A stretch of 39,738 nt of DNA, from positions 1 to 39,738 of the IMG/VR virus record IMGVR_UViG_3300020428_000029; one strand, written 5' to 3'. The stretch is from a virus (Duplodnaviria > Caudoviricetes). Position numbers and translations under genes: made by a program. Under the pieces are notes generated by a model that saw nothing but the letters and a program-made list of their open reading frames with translations, was not told where the DNA came from and ran no database searches. Shown here piece after piece: positions 23,835 through 32,483 of this stretch; within the stretch, counting starts at the first letter, position 1, and each line of letters begins with the position of its first letter.

Positions 23835-24477
23835 TTGGGATTGTATGAGCGTGATTCGGTACTGCTTTAGGAAAATTTGAAACGCGAATATCGCGGCATA
23901 TCGAGGAATAAGCGCTATCTGGAGCGAATGATATGCCCTTTTGCATCTGCTCTCCACAATGGCGCATACGCGAAATTTCATAATCAAGGACTCTGAGATT
24001 CAAAGTTGCCTTTCTTAGAGCTATTTCAGTGCCTGCCGCCTCTTTACAAAGAGCTTGAAGCTTATTATCCAGAGGCTTACTCCATTGAAGAGTGGCACCG
24101 AAGTTAAGTGAGTAATTATCACGCTGTTGAGTCAGGATATCTTTTTCGAATAGGATTCCACCTGGGTTAAGCAAATCACCAGCATCGTTTGCTCTCATGT
24201 CGTAGACAGGTTCTTTATAGCTAGTTTCGAAAGGACGTTTTACATTTCTACTACGACCGATATAGGGAGATATTGTTACGGTTTCTGATTGACATTGGAC
24301 ACCATTTGTAAATGCTGAATTAATAAAATTTCCAGTCAACACCTGGTATGCATTCACAGTCGCTTGACCACTACTGTTCGCGACAGGGTTTGAGGTAGCT
24401 GATATACCTCCTACGTCACCTGCTTTTACCGCATTGCCAGATAAGAATAATAAACCTAGAGAAATCCCTGAAGTCAG
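23710..24477 (-). CDS. exported beta-rich protein (start uncertain: CTG 24477 or ATC 24498)
   Basis: Signal peptide ending AVKA, GDVGGISATSNPVANSSG, GVQCQ, NFGATLQWSKPLD; upstream part of the track ORF overlaps the neighbour by 172 bp. Confidence 0.75.
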   Translation of the reverse strand: MTSGISLGLLFLSGNAVKAGDVGGISATSNPVANSSGQATVNAYQVLTGNFINSAFTNGVQCQSETVTISPYIGRSRNVKRPFETSYKEPVYDMRANDAGDLLNPGGILFEKDILTQQRDNYSLNFGATLQWSKPLDNKLQALCKEAAGTEIALRKATLNLRVLDYEISRMRHCGEQMQKGISFAPDSAYSSICRDIRVSNFPKAVPNHAHTIPIISEDSSVLNVVHERKAPWASSSTISGETSSEPSSQGVSQP

Positions 24478-24914
24478 TTGCTGAACACGCTTGACGATGT
24501 AACCGAAGTCTCGGTCTCCACGGTCCTCGTGATGGTGGTTCTCTGGCGAAGTCCAGGTCCTTGGTATGAAGAGGTATATTGGAAACTGCTTCCAGGATCT
24601 GTTAATACCCAGTTTGGAGACGTATTTAAATCTAAGCCAGTCCATGTAGTCGTTCCACCAGAAGACGTAGTCTGTGTGATTTCAGTAATCGCCGTTGGAT
24701 TGATATGACCTGTTGTTGGTTTAATCCCTGTCCCAGTCACCGAATGAACCCAGCCTGTATTGAAATCTTCTGATACTATAACCTCATTTATCACCTGCCG
24801 ACTGGTGGTTGTAGAGTCTAATTTTCCTGAAGAAAAATTATTCATCACAGGCACCCCATAGCTAGGTTTCACCCAGCCAAGAAATATAAATATAACGCCT
24901 ACTATTCGTCGCAT
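24474..24914 (-). CDS. exported Thr/Ser-rich protein
   Basis: Signal peptide, VPVMNNFSSG, YQGPGL, C-terminal T/S strand ending SVFSN. Confidence 0.8.
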   Translation of the reverse strand: MRRIVGVIFIFLGWVKPSYGVPVMNNFSSGKLDSTTTSRQVINEVIVSEDFNTGWVHSVTGTGIKPTTGHINPTAITEITQTTSSGGTTTWTGLDLNTSPNWVLTDPGSSFQYTSSYQGPGLRQRTTITRTVETETSVTSSSVFSN

Positions 24915-24916
24915 TC

Positions 24917-25444
24917 CTAGCGCACGGAAAGTTCTGAAGTTATTTGACCAATAGCCGTAGTACCTCCGTTTCCAGCCACTAAGGAGCTTATAGTACCACC
25001 ATTTAAGCTGCTGACTCCACCAGCTAATGAGCCTTTAACTCCCCCTGAGAACGTAGTGGTCACACCGTATGCTGGTATCGATGCCACATTACCTGTCGTA
25101 GTCGACACAGTAGATCCTGCATTCAAAGTCGCTATAGGGTCACCCTGCAGGAAGCTTTCCGAAAATGCGAATGAATTTCCGTCAACATTAATATCGTACG
25201 AACCAGCCGTAAGTGTCGGGCTTGCAGTCGCAGATCCTGCGGTCAAACCACCAAATGAGGCATTATTACCCGAACCTACGACGACATTTGAGCCGCTTAC
25301 CGAATATGTCGATGGGATTCTCGACGCCACAGAGCTTGCGCCATCCACGGTTAATTGGACATTGGCCTGAATTCGGTGCGTCACCTCACAGAAGGCTGGT
25401 GTCCCTAAGGACAGCAAACCTACTAAAACAGCGAACCGTTTCAT
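24917..25444 (-). CDS. exported Gly/Ser/Thr-rich beta protein
   Basis: Signal peptide PAFC, VTHRIQANVQLTVDG, FAFSESFLQGD, GGTTAIGQITSELSV. Confidence 0.8.
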   Translation of the reverse strand: MKRFAVLVGLLSLGTPAFCEVTHRIQANVQLTVDGASSVASRIPSTYSVSGSNVVVGSGNNASFGGLTAGSATASPTLTAGSYDINVDGNSFAFSESFLQGDPIATLNAGSTVSTTTGNVASIPAYGVTTTFSGGVKGSLAGGVSSLNGGTISSLVAGNGGTTAIGQITSELSVR

Positions 25445-25500
25445 TACATAAATTACTTATCTCCCCTTTACTTTAGAGAAAAATAAATTCTAAATATTTT

Positions 25501-25713
25501 CTACAAATATGCCTTGCTGATGTTAGTAGCAAATCCTACAATTACCGTCCCGAAACTCAACACTGCTGCCGCACCGATGACCCATTTCTCGACAACCATT
25601 AAGCGGTCTCTAAGGTCTGACTGCTTCTCTTCTAGCCTCTCAATTTTTAACTGCATTAACTGAATTTTAATTTCCTGTTGTGCAGTCAAACTGAGTTCAT
25701 CGTTATTAGACAT
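25501..25713 (-). CDS. coiled-coil protein with C-terminal TM
   Basis: KIERLEEKQSDLRDRL coil then WVIGAAAVLSFGTVIVGF. Confidence 0.7.
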   Translation of the reverse strand: MSNNDELSLTAQQEIKIQLMQLKIERLEEKQSDLRDRLMVVEKWVIGAAAVLSFGTVIVGFATNISKAYL

Positions 25714-26167
25714 TTTTCTCCTTCTTCGCAGGTTTCTCGTTTGTATCTAATACAGTGACTCCATCTGGAGTTACCAACTTAATTGGCGTTGATATTTTGA
25801 TGAGATGATATGGATCTGATCCAGGGCCACCTAGGACTTTCTCTTTCTTCTCCCCTTCCACTTTGTATGTTCCGTCATCACGCTTCTTAGCAGAACGCTC
25901 TAATCCGAATGAACTTAATGAAGAAGCCAGGAGCGAAGCTGGGAAAGTTATATCCTGCTTTTCTCCAGATGAGATACCTGGAATAGGAGGAAGGTAGTTC
26001 AAAGTTACTAATCCGCCGCTCCAGACAACCACTAAAAGCCTGACTGCGACTGAGATGTACTCGAATTGCTCCTCCTTGTCGTCGACCTTTTCTTTGAATT
26101 TCTGAAGTAAATTCTTTTTGACTTCTGGCTCCTTTTTAACTTCTGGAACCTTTTTAGGATCGCCCAT
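25706..26167 (-). CDS. two-TM membrane protein (holin-like candidate)
   Basis: VRLLVVVWSGGLVTLNY and TFPASLLASSLSSFGL helices with charged termini. Confidence 0.7.
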   Translation of the reverse strand: MGDPKKVPEVKKEPEVKKNLLQKFKEKVDDKEEQFEYISVAVRLLVVVWSGGLVTLNYLPPIPGISSGEKQDITFPASLLASSLSSFGLERSAKKRDDGTYKVEGEKKEKVLGGPGSDPYHLIKISTPIKLVTPDGVTVLDTNEKPAKKEKNV

Positions 26168-26252
26168 CCCTATAAAAATATTCTTTACATATCTTAGGCA
26201 CTATTGCAATTTGCAAGAGGCGGTTTAGAGTAGCCCTACATGCGAATCGAGA

Positions 26253-26480
26253 GTGACGTTATCTTTGCTGTCAAAGAAGGAGACTTGCGAAGCACTATGT
26301 GTTTCAGAAAGAACCTTTACCAGATTTTTCAACAGTGGTGTTTTGCATCATGGAAATCATTTTGTATATAAAGATCCCTTAAACCCAAACAGCCACAAGC
26401 TTTATAAGATTGACAGAGTAAAGCAGATTTACGAGGAGACACCTACGTCTTTGAAGCGCAGAGTGAGGAAAGTTCGATGA
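26253..26480 (+). CDS. excisionase/MerR-like HTH DNA-binding protein
   Basis: LLSKKETCEALCVSERTFTR...G.L..G.H winged HTH, 75 aa, basic, near integrase. Confidence 0.7.
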   Translation: MTLSLLSKKETCEALCVSERTFTRFFNSGVLHHGNHFVYKDPLNPNSHKLYKIDRVKQIYEETPTSLKRRVRKVR

Positions 26481-26647
26481 CAAGTTCATTTGGTCCTGAC
26501 CATAAGCCACGCAAACCTCAGTTCTCAAAGTCTGGGATACCTCTGCATATGCTCGGAGATATTGAATATATGGAGTTTGCTATGGAGTTTCCTGAAGAGG
26601 TTATCGATATTGACGATGACAAAATGAATGCTGAAGTTTGCAAATGA
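26477..26647 (+). CDS. hypothetical protein (56 aa, not in ORF track)
   Basis: ATGA overlap with xis-like gene; MTSSFGPDHKPRKP... Confidence 0.5.
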   Translation: MTSSFGPDHKPRKPQFSKSGIPLHMLGDIEYMEFAMEFPEEVIDIDDDKMNAEVCK

Positions 26648-27011
26648 TTTTATTGCTGCTATAAAGAATTACGATTTGATTCACACTATGAGCAAAAAAA
26701 TTGAAGTCGAAAATGCTTTAATCCAGTGCGCTATGTCTGTTGCTGGTCGAAAGAACAATAATAAAGTTAAATCCCTAAAAGGTGGTGAAAAAATTGCACG
26801 CCTCTTGTTGTTGGCTCAGGAGGAGCAAGACAAACACACTAAAAATGTTGGTGATGGAATTGATGATGCCAGACGTCGCCAAAGACTTGCAATTCGAACC
26901 GTTTCTCGATTAAGCAATATTTGTACCGCATATCATTTCGTATCTAACTGCAAGGACGATTCAGAAAATAATTCATTCAGAAGATGGCTTTCAATGAGAA
27001 ATATTAATTAG
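26628..27011 (+). CDS. hypothetical protein
   Basis: 127 aa, convergent with integrase. Confidence 0.6.
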   Translation: MLKFANDFIAAIKNYDLIHTMSKKIEVENALIQCAMSVAGRKNNNKVKSLKGGEKIARLLLLAQEEQDKHTKNVGDGIDDARRRQRLAIRTVSRLSNICTAYHFVSNCKDDSENNSFRRWLSMRNIN

Positions 27012-28270
27012 AGAGCTGCAGCCTGAAAATTCTTGATAAAGCTATCTCTCAACTTTTCCTTATCAATCCATTTCAAATAATGTTTTTGATGGACTGGTAA
27101 GGAATGACCCATTGCTTTGGCCACTTTGGCTTCATCAATATGACTCCATGCTTCTTCGGAATGCATGATCACTGCATATGAATGCCTCATGTCATATGGG
27201 TTCAAATTTAATAATCTTCTGGACATCTTTCCACCACCAGTAGGAACTCGTCCAATTAATGGATTTGGAACTTTGCCATAGATTTGATTCGTAAAATATG
27301 CGCCCAATATTTGATTGTTATCTCCAATTCCACGATCTTCATTATTGAGTAATTCCTTTAGCTCAGTTCTGTTCTCAATATCCTTAATAACTGGTTTGCA
27401 TCGATTCCATAGTTCCTTTTTCATTCCATTCATTCGAGTTATCAAACGATATTTCTCTAGCCAAGAAGGGAATACAGGCCAAACAATATGATCTTTGATT
27501 GATTTGGTTAGAGCGCCTGGGACAGTAATGAATCCATCGGACTGGTGATACACATACCAGAGTTCATGGTTTCGAAGTCCATAACAAACCATCATGGCAA
27601 CGCACCATGTTTCGAATGGATACTCCTTCTTGTGTTGATCCAGCCATTCTTCAGCTAGTTCTTTGTTCGTAATAGCTCTGATATTGGCTTCTTCTATGTG
27701 TTCCTTATATTTCGTATTTCTATGACCGTGATAGACCCTCCGTTCTTTTGCAAGCAAATCTTTGTTTAACCAGTCAGGATCATCTTCACCTTGTTGAGTT
27801 AATGCTTTCCTGAATAATTCCAAAGAATCGCATCGATTGATAAAACCTGAACTTAATTTTGGATCTACTTCATACAACCATTTACGAATTTCCACCCAAT
27901 CCATCCCAACTTCTTGCTTCATTAATTTATTTAAATGTCCAATTGGATTGCTTCTTGCTGAACCTTTGCATCTATTAGTAATGAAATCCTTAATCGTTGG
28001 AGCAATATCTTTCCAGTAACTATGTTTAATTTTGTGGTCTAAAGTTGCGAACCAATCGCCATGGCCCACAACCTGAATTTTCTCCCAAATTCTTGCTAAA
28101 TCTACAGCGTTATCTGTTCTATGTGGCTTGCAATTAATTCGTACTCTTTGTCCCGCTAGAGAATCCCTGACATAAATAAAAGGACTCTTCTTCTGAACAT
28201 AGAATTTATAACGAAAGTTATAAGATTCTTGGCGAGCTAAAAGACGTTCGAGAGTCAGTAAATTGTTCAT
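27008..28270 (-). CDS. int: tyrosine recombinase / phage integrase
   Basis: YGLRNHE (R), TK (K), PYDMRHSYA (YxxR variant), MGHS...HY (H, Y); adjacent to tRNA-derived att core. Confidence 0.9.
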   Translation of the reverse strand: MNNLLTLERLLARQESYNFRYKFYVQKKSPFIYVRDSLAGQRVRINCKPHRTDNAVDLARIWEKIQVVGHGDWFATLDHKIKHSYWKDIAPTIKDFITNRCKGSARSNPIGHLNKLMKQEVGMDWVEIRKWLYEVDPKLSSGFINRCDSLELFRKALTQQGEDDPDWLNKDLLAKERRVYHGHRNTKYKEHIEEANIRAITNKELAEEWLDQHKKEYPFETWCVAMMVCYGLRNHELWYVYHQSDGFITVPGALTKSIKDHIVWPVFPSWLEKYRLITRMNGMKKELWNRCKPVIKDIENRTELKELLNNEDRGIGDNNQILGAYFTNQIYGKVPNPLIGRVPTGGGKMSRRLLNLNPYDMRHSYAVIMHSEEAWSHIDEAKVAKAMGHSLPVHQKHYLKWIDKEKLRDSFIKNFQAAAL

Positions 28271-28289
28271 GATTTAAGAGTCTGCCAAC

Positions 28290-28337
28290 AACCCGACCCG
28301 AACCCGACCCGAACAACCCGATAATTTTGCAACCCGA
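28290..28337. repeat. ACCCG(A) short tandem repeats
   Basis: AACCCGACCCG-AACCCGACCCG-AACAACCCG...AACCCGA just upstream of int; possible Xis sites. Confidence 0.7.
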
Positions 28338-28484
28338 TTTTCGCGAAAAAAGTCTGCAAAAAAGTCTGTTTTAGGGTCAAGTCTGCCAAAAGTCTGCCCA
28401 AGATGGCCGTATTTTTCGGTGTTTGACTTCGTTTGATTCTGTTTCAAAACGGGTTTTTAATCTCTGTAAACCCTTTCTAGCACT

Positions 28485-28514
28485 AAAAAAGCCCCATGCA
28501 ACTAGGCTGGGGCT
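28485..28514 (-). terminator. terminator downstream of att tRNA fragment
   Basis: Minus strand AGCCCCA...TGGGGCT followed by T-run. Confidence 0.8.
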
Positions 28515-28519
28515 GAAAA

Positions 28520-28561
28520 TGGCGGGGGCAAGATTTGAACTTGCGACCTTCGGGTTATGAG
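28520..28561 (-). other. att core: 3' half of initiator tRNA-Met(CAT), not a complete tRNA
   Basis: CTCATAACCCGAAGGTCGCAAGTTCAAATCTTGCCCCCGCCA = anticodon loop through acceptor 3' strand; D-arm and 5' strand absent. Confidence 0.92.
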
Positions 28562-28714
28562 GGCTAGAAATTTCACGAGAACCCAGTCATAGCTTGATTT
28601 CAAAACGTCAGTCTGACGAAAGTCTGACCGTGAATTTATGTAACCAGAGTCGGATTTATCGCCCCTGCAGCCGATTTCAGACTCCGTCAGATTCCGACCT
28701 TCGGGCCAGTGACC

Positions 28715-28900
28715 CTACGCTCTGCTCCAAGATAGCTGCATGATGCCTTTATCGTCATCATCATCGTCATCATCTGAATCATCCCTCGTGTCGTAACCCA
28801 ATATAAAAGTAACAATCCCAACGACAATGATGGGGATGAATGGAAATAACATCGATAACGTAATCGTCATCGAATCTGTGTAATTCGCTAGGTCATTCAT
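28715..28900 (-). CDS. small TM protein with poly-Asp tail
   Basis: Hydrophobic helix then DDSDDDDDDDDKG. Confidence 0.7.
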   Translation of the reverse strand: MNDLANYTDSMTITLSMLFPFIPIIVVGIVTFILGYDTRDDSDDDDDDDDKGIMQLSWSRA

Positions 28901-29031
28901 GACAGATTTAATTGTTTAATTTTCTGATGAGCTTTTTCAGCCTTTCTTATTAGTTTTTGAGCTTTCTCTCTCGTTAAACACTTCTCCGCTTTTGCTGATA
29001 AAAGAATTAATTTCTTGTGCTGTTTGTTGAT
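28897..29031 (-). CDS. 44-aa basic helical protein with ATC start (not in ORF track)
   Basis: (I/M)NKQHKKLILLSAKAEKCLTREKAQKLIRKAEKAHQKIKQLNLS; GAGGTG RBS before ATC; ATGA overlap at 3' end. Confidence 0.55.
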   Translation of the reverse strand: MNKQHKKLILLSAKAEKCLTREKAQKLIRKAEKAHQKIKQLNLS

Positions 29032-29039
29032 AGTTCACC

Positions 29040-29657
29040 TCAGAGCATTGATTGAGCAGCTAATTGAGCAGCAACATATCTTTCTTCTTCTTCTCTATTT
29101 ACTGGTCTAATTCCATCAACATTTAATGCATCTGCCAATAAGGTTCCAAATCCACCAGCCGCAATAATAGGAAGCAATAATTCTCCAGCTCGTCTTGACT
29201 TTGCCTCTGGAGAAGGAGGAGTGGCTTCACTTTGTTGAACCGCTTTTTTAACAGCAGGAGTTTCAACAGGCTGATCAAATTGATTGGATTGTTGATAGTG
29301 ATAGGGGTCCCAGTCCCTATCTGCAGGATATAAATTCGAATTATTCTTTAATTTCTTAAGTACCTCCCAATGGTTTTCATCTACGTCCACTTTTAAAAAT
29401 GAAGGATGATGGGTCTTTGACCATGTATCAGCCTCTGGATATCTAATATCTGAACCTCCTCGATCTCCCCAAACTGATTCCCTTGCAGCATAAGTTGCAT
29501 CTTCCCAGTTAAATCCTTTGACTTGAACCAAATATGCTCTTTCTAAATCAAATGCCTGCTTAGGAGTTAATGGCTGTGGATTATTTCTCCACGCCTTATC
29601 CATCCCTGGAGGGTATTTCTTATAAAAATCATCTTGGGGTACCCATTTCTTTGTCAT
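29040..29657 (-). CDS. hypothetical protein
   Basis: 205 aa, ATGA-coupled. Confidence 0.7.
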   Translation of the reverse strand: MTKKWVPQDDFYKKYPPGMDKAWRNNPQPLTPKQAFDLERAYLVQVKGFNWEDATYAARESVWGDRGGSDIRYPEADTWSKTHHPSFLKVDVDENHWEVLKKLKNNSNLYPADRDWDPYHYQQSNQFDQPVETPAVKKAVQQSEATPPSPEAKSRRAGELLLPIIAAGGFGTLLADALNVDGIRPVNREEEERYVAAQLAAQSML

Positions 29658-29947
29658 AAATTCCCCTTTCTCATTAGTTCTTCAATCAAAGCTTTGTAAT
29701 CTAATTTCGAATTTTCATCCGAATTCAGCAGATCAGTATCGAATTGAGGTTGTTCTTGCAAAATATCCATTTCTTTAAATTCACCACCTAATCCTCCTGA
29801 ATCTGGAGCATCTTCAAAAAGCTCTGGGCTGTCGAATTCATATTCAGGAGTCTTTTTGACCGATCTTCCTGTTTTCAGATCAGTACATTTCGGTGGGTAA
29901 CTCATATTGCAGATCACTTCACCTATTTGATCTCCAGCAAAAATCAT
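29654..29947 (-). CDS. hypothetical acidic protein
   Basis: 97 aa, TAATG-coupled. Confidence 0.65.
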   Translation of the reverse strand: MIFAGDQIGEVICNMSYPPKCTDLKTGRSVKKTPEYEFDSPELFEDAPDSGGLGGEFKEMDILQEQPQFDTDLLNSDENSKLDYKALIEELMRKGNL

Positions 29948-30504
29948 TACACTTCTCTTGGACTATCCATCATTCCCATCACTGCAGGGACTGCACCACC
30001 AGCAGCTCCAAGTAATGCAGCTAAACCAGCTCGCCTTTGTCTCTTGTAGAGAAGATCTTCTGGTTTTACACCTTTTTTAATATTGTTCGGATCAGCAACA
30101 TAAGCCTTTTCTAGTTCTGGAAATTCAATAGCTTTTTTAGCTTCTTCGTTTAGCCCTCTCATCGTTGCAAGTCTGCTAATTTCACCTGCCGTATCAGTCG
30201 GTGCATTTTTCAACTCCGAGACCTTTGCTACTAACTCACCTTGCTTGAACATATTCATCATTGATTCTCTTGCGACTGGGTCCATAGCCAGAGCAGCACC
30301 AAGAGCGCCAGAGCCTGTTAAGGCAGGTAATAAAGTTAAAAGTACGTTGAGTGGAATCTCTCCTGAATTTGTAAAATTTGTATCGCCAGTTAATGAATCT
30401 AAAACGCCTACTGCTCCAGTACCTACAGGTAATGCCATAGCAGTTCCTAACATTGCATTCAAGGCTGGGTCAGACCCTGCCTTCCTTAAAAGTTGAACCG
30501 ACAT
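29947..30504 (-). CDS. Ala/Gly-rich hydrophobic protein (possible membrane or ejection protein)
   Basis: Three hydrophobic G/A-rich segments. Confidence 0.65.
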   Translation of the reverse strand: MSVQLLRKAGSDPALNAMLGTAMALPVGTGAVGVLDSLTGDTNFTNSGEIPLNVLLTLLPALTGSGALGAALAMDPVARESMMNMFKQGELVAKVSELKNAPTDTAGEISRLATMRGLNEEAKKAIEFPELEKAYVADPNNIKKGVKPEDLLYKRQRRAGLAALLGAAGGAVPAVMGMMDSPREV

Positions 30505-30544
30505 TACTTACGAATAAAGACACCTTTTTCGTATTCTAGGTAAT

Positions 30545-30742
30545 TTATTTCTTCAAGATCTCAGTCAGGAGAGGCTTTAGCTCATGTTCAGGCGGATAAT
30601 GCCTCATGATTGCTCTTGCTTCTCTTCTGACTTCCCTAGGAATCCGAGGTGTTTCTTTCGTATTAGCTAGTCGAATTAGGAAATCCCTGACTCCAACCAT
30701 TGCAGCTATTTGCTGTTCAGGACTGCTAATTCTTATTTTCAT
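30545..30742 (-). CDS. BPSL0761-family-like protein
   Basis: RDFLIRL...TPRIPREVRREAR...RHYP. Confidence 0.7.
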   Translation of the reverse strand: MKIRISSPEQQIAAMVGVRDFLIRLANTKETPRIPREVRREARAIMRHYPPEHELKPLLTEILKK

Positions 30743-31016
30743 CCTTCACTCCGACTTTGACTTTCTTAGCGTTGTCCTTGATCTTTAACCCATCCCTTAC
30801 ATTTCTAATATGCCATTTATCGCACATATCACTCACGATTTCCCTTCCTAATTCCAAAGCTAATTCATCTGCAAGACCAGTAAAGGTTGCATGGGGATGA
30901 GCATGGGATAAATCGTGTCGCTTAGAACGATCATATAAATAGTTCATGAACTCACATCGATTTTGCTGTAACTTCACTGCTCGTTTTGCTGACTCTCTCT
31001 GCTGTGTTGATGGCAT
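30726..31016 (-). CDS. hypothetical phage protein
   Basis: LYDRSKRH...HATFTGL motif. Confidence 0.7.
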   Translation of the reverse strand: MPSTQQRESAKRAVKLQQNRCEFMNYLYDRSKRHDLSHAHPHATFTGLADELALELGREIVSDMCDKWHIRNVRDGLKIKDNAKKVKVGVKDENKN

Positions 31017-31041
31017 TTTCTATCTCTTGCATATTGCAAGC

Positions 31042-31641
31042 TTAGTCTTCTTTTGGGGATTGTCCAGAGTCTTGATGTCCTTCTCCTTTCTTTGCATATT
31101 TAGGAGGGGAATCCATTTTCCTTCTGCCCCATAGAACCAAGGAGGATCGAGTTCCTTTTTCAACAGGTTCAACTGCATGCATTAATAAGGATGGGAAAAC
31201 TATGATTCGTCCCAGCTTTTCTTCTGGTAAAGAATTTTTTAAATTTATAAACTTTAAATTTCCACCTTCGTATTTATTTCTAGGTGATAAAACGATTGAT
31301 GCTGATATATCACGGTCAATATCAAAGCCAGGGTCCATGTGAGGATTATAAAAATTACCCACTCCATACTCTGCGTATTGAATTGGTTCAACTTCCTGTA
31401 TCGGAAATTTAAAAACTTCCTTACAAATATGAAAATAATATCTCAAAGCTTTCTTGATGCTCTCTCTAATTTCAGGAGGACAACCGTCTTTAGGAATAAA
31501 ACAATTTTTAGACTTCCTGTCCTTGCACTCCACACCTCCTTCTACTAAGGACGTCTTGATTTTATCTCTGCAATATTTTCTAATGAGACGACATTCCTTG
31601 AAACTAAGGCAGTTATCAGCCCAAGCGTAATCGGCAATCAT
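31042..31641 (-). CDS. 2OG-Fe(II) oxygenase (prolyl-4-hydroxylase/PKHD-like)
   Basis: FYNPHMD (HxD), YEGGNL, FPS...HAVEPV..G.R.SLV.W. Confidence 0.9.
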   Translation of the reverse strand: MIADYAWADNCLSFKECRLIRKYCRDKIKTSLVEGGVECKDRKSKNCFIPKDGCPPEIRESIKKALRYYFHICKEVFKFPIQEVEPIQYAEYGVGNFYNPHMDPGFDIDRDISASIVLSPRNKYEGGNLKFINLKNSLPEEKLGRIIVFPSLLMHAVEPVEKGTRSSLVLWGRRKMDSPPKYAKKGEGHQDSGQSPKED

Positions 31642-32429
31642 TCTTTAATACTCTCCTCCTCGTCTGAGTTTTCATTAAATCGTTTATAGATGATTTCTTC
31701 GTCTTCAAAATACAAATTGAAGCTAACAATAATCCTGTCCTCACCTGACTTATTAGGCTCTGATTTATGAGGTAACCATGCTGGGAATAGTACCAATTCT
31801 CCTGGCCTAGGCTCGACCCTATAGACAGTGAAATAAGGATTTAAATCAGGATTACATCCTTGAGTCATTGTCTTTGTTGCCCAAGAAGGATCTTGGAAAA
31901 CGATTTCACCACAACCTGGTTCAGCTTTTGCGTAGAAGACTCCACTCCATCTGAAATTGGAATGAATGTGATAAGGAACAAAGCCATCTTTGGGGTAGAT
32001 CGTTGTCCACATATTGCTAATCTTCATGCTGTCTATAAAGTCAAAATATTGTTCACCGTTAGAGCCCATTTGCCCTGGTTGAAAAGCATCCCTAAGGAGC
32101 ATGCCTTTACAACCTTTTAGTAGTTCATCTGCAATAGGTTGCCAAGGCTTTTCTCTAAGTAAATTTCTCGAATAAAAGGAAGTGACACCATGTTTATCCC
32201 AGTCTTTTCTGTCTGCAGATCTTCCTGATTTATTCCATTCTTCAGAAACTAATCCTTCTATGTCATCACTGTTCTCTTTAAAATAATAAGCTTGTTTTAT
32301 TGCATCATCACAAAGACTATCGTTTTGAGTCGATGCCACAAATATTGGAGTACTAAATAAATCTCTACGAAAAAATCCAGTTCTTAAAGCCTCGTCTGGA
32401 GTCAGAGCCGCATTATTAATTACAGTCAT
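31638..32429 (-). CDS. putative 2OG-Fe(II) oxygenase (TIGR02466-like)
   Basis: LFSTPIF, HIH...SGVFY, F.DP, LVLFPAWLPH..EPN....RIIVSFN. Confidence 0.88.
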   Translation of the reverse strand: MTVINNAALTPDEALRTGFFRRDLFSTPIFVASTQNDSLCDDAIKQAYYFKENSDDIEGLVSEEWNKSGRSADRKDWDKHGVTSFYSRNLLREKPWQPIADELLKGCKGMLLRDAFQPGQMGSNGEQYFDFIDSMKISNMWTTIYPKDGFVPYHIHSNFRWSGVFYAKAEPGCGEIVFQDPSWATKTMTQGCNPDLNPYFTVYRVEPRPGELVLFPAWLPHKSEPNKSGEDRIIVSFNLYFEDEEIIYKRFNENSDEEESIKE

Positions 32430-32483
32430 TCAAAGATTCCATGTCTTACATAGTGTAAGAGATGGAACAGTCAATTGTAGTGT

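Larger units (their letters stand above)
28279..28699. mobile_element. attP region with integrase arm-type repeats
   Basis: AGTCTG at 28279, 28351, 28363, 28380, 28391 left of core; 28610, 28621 and inverted CAGACT 28678 right of core; TTTCAAAACG at 28442 and 28598. Confidence 0.8.

Noticed and set aside
24499-24645. N-terminal extension of ORF 23710..24645
   Set aside because: Lies inside the upstream gene and would bury the signal peptide; treated as off-frame sequence.
27008-28270. Inactive integrase because HxxR reads YxxR
   Set aside because: Tyr at this position is a known variant in tyrosine recombinases; R, K, R, H and Y are all present.
28279-28400. CRISPR-like mini-array
   Set aside because: Repeats are 5-11 bp with irregular spacing and no unique 30-40-bp spacers; better explained as integrase/Xis binding sites.
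28520-28561. Functional tRNA-Met gene
   Set aside because: Only the anticodon loop to 3' end is present; upstream sequence cannot form the anticodon stem, D-arm or acceptor 5' strand. It is an att core.
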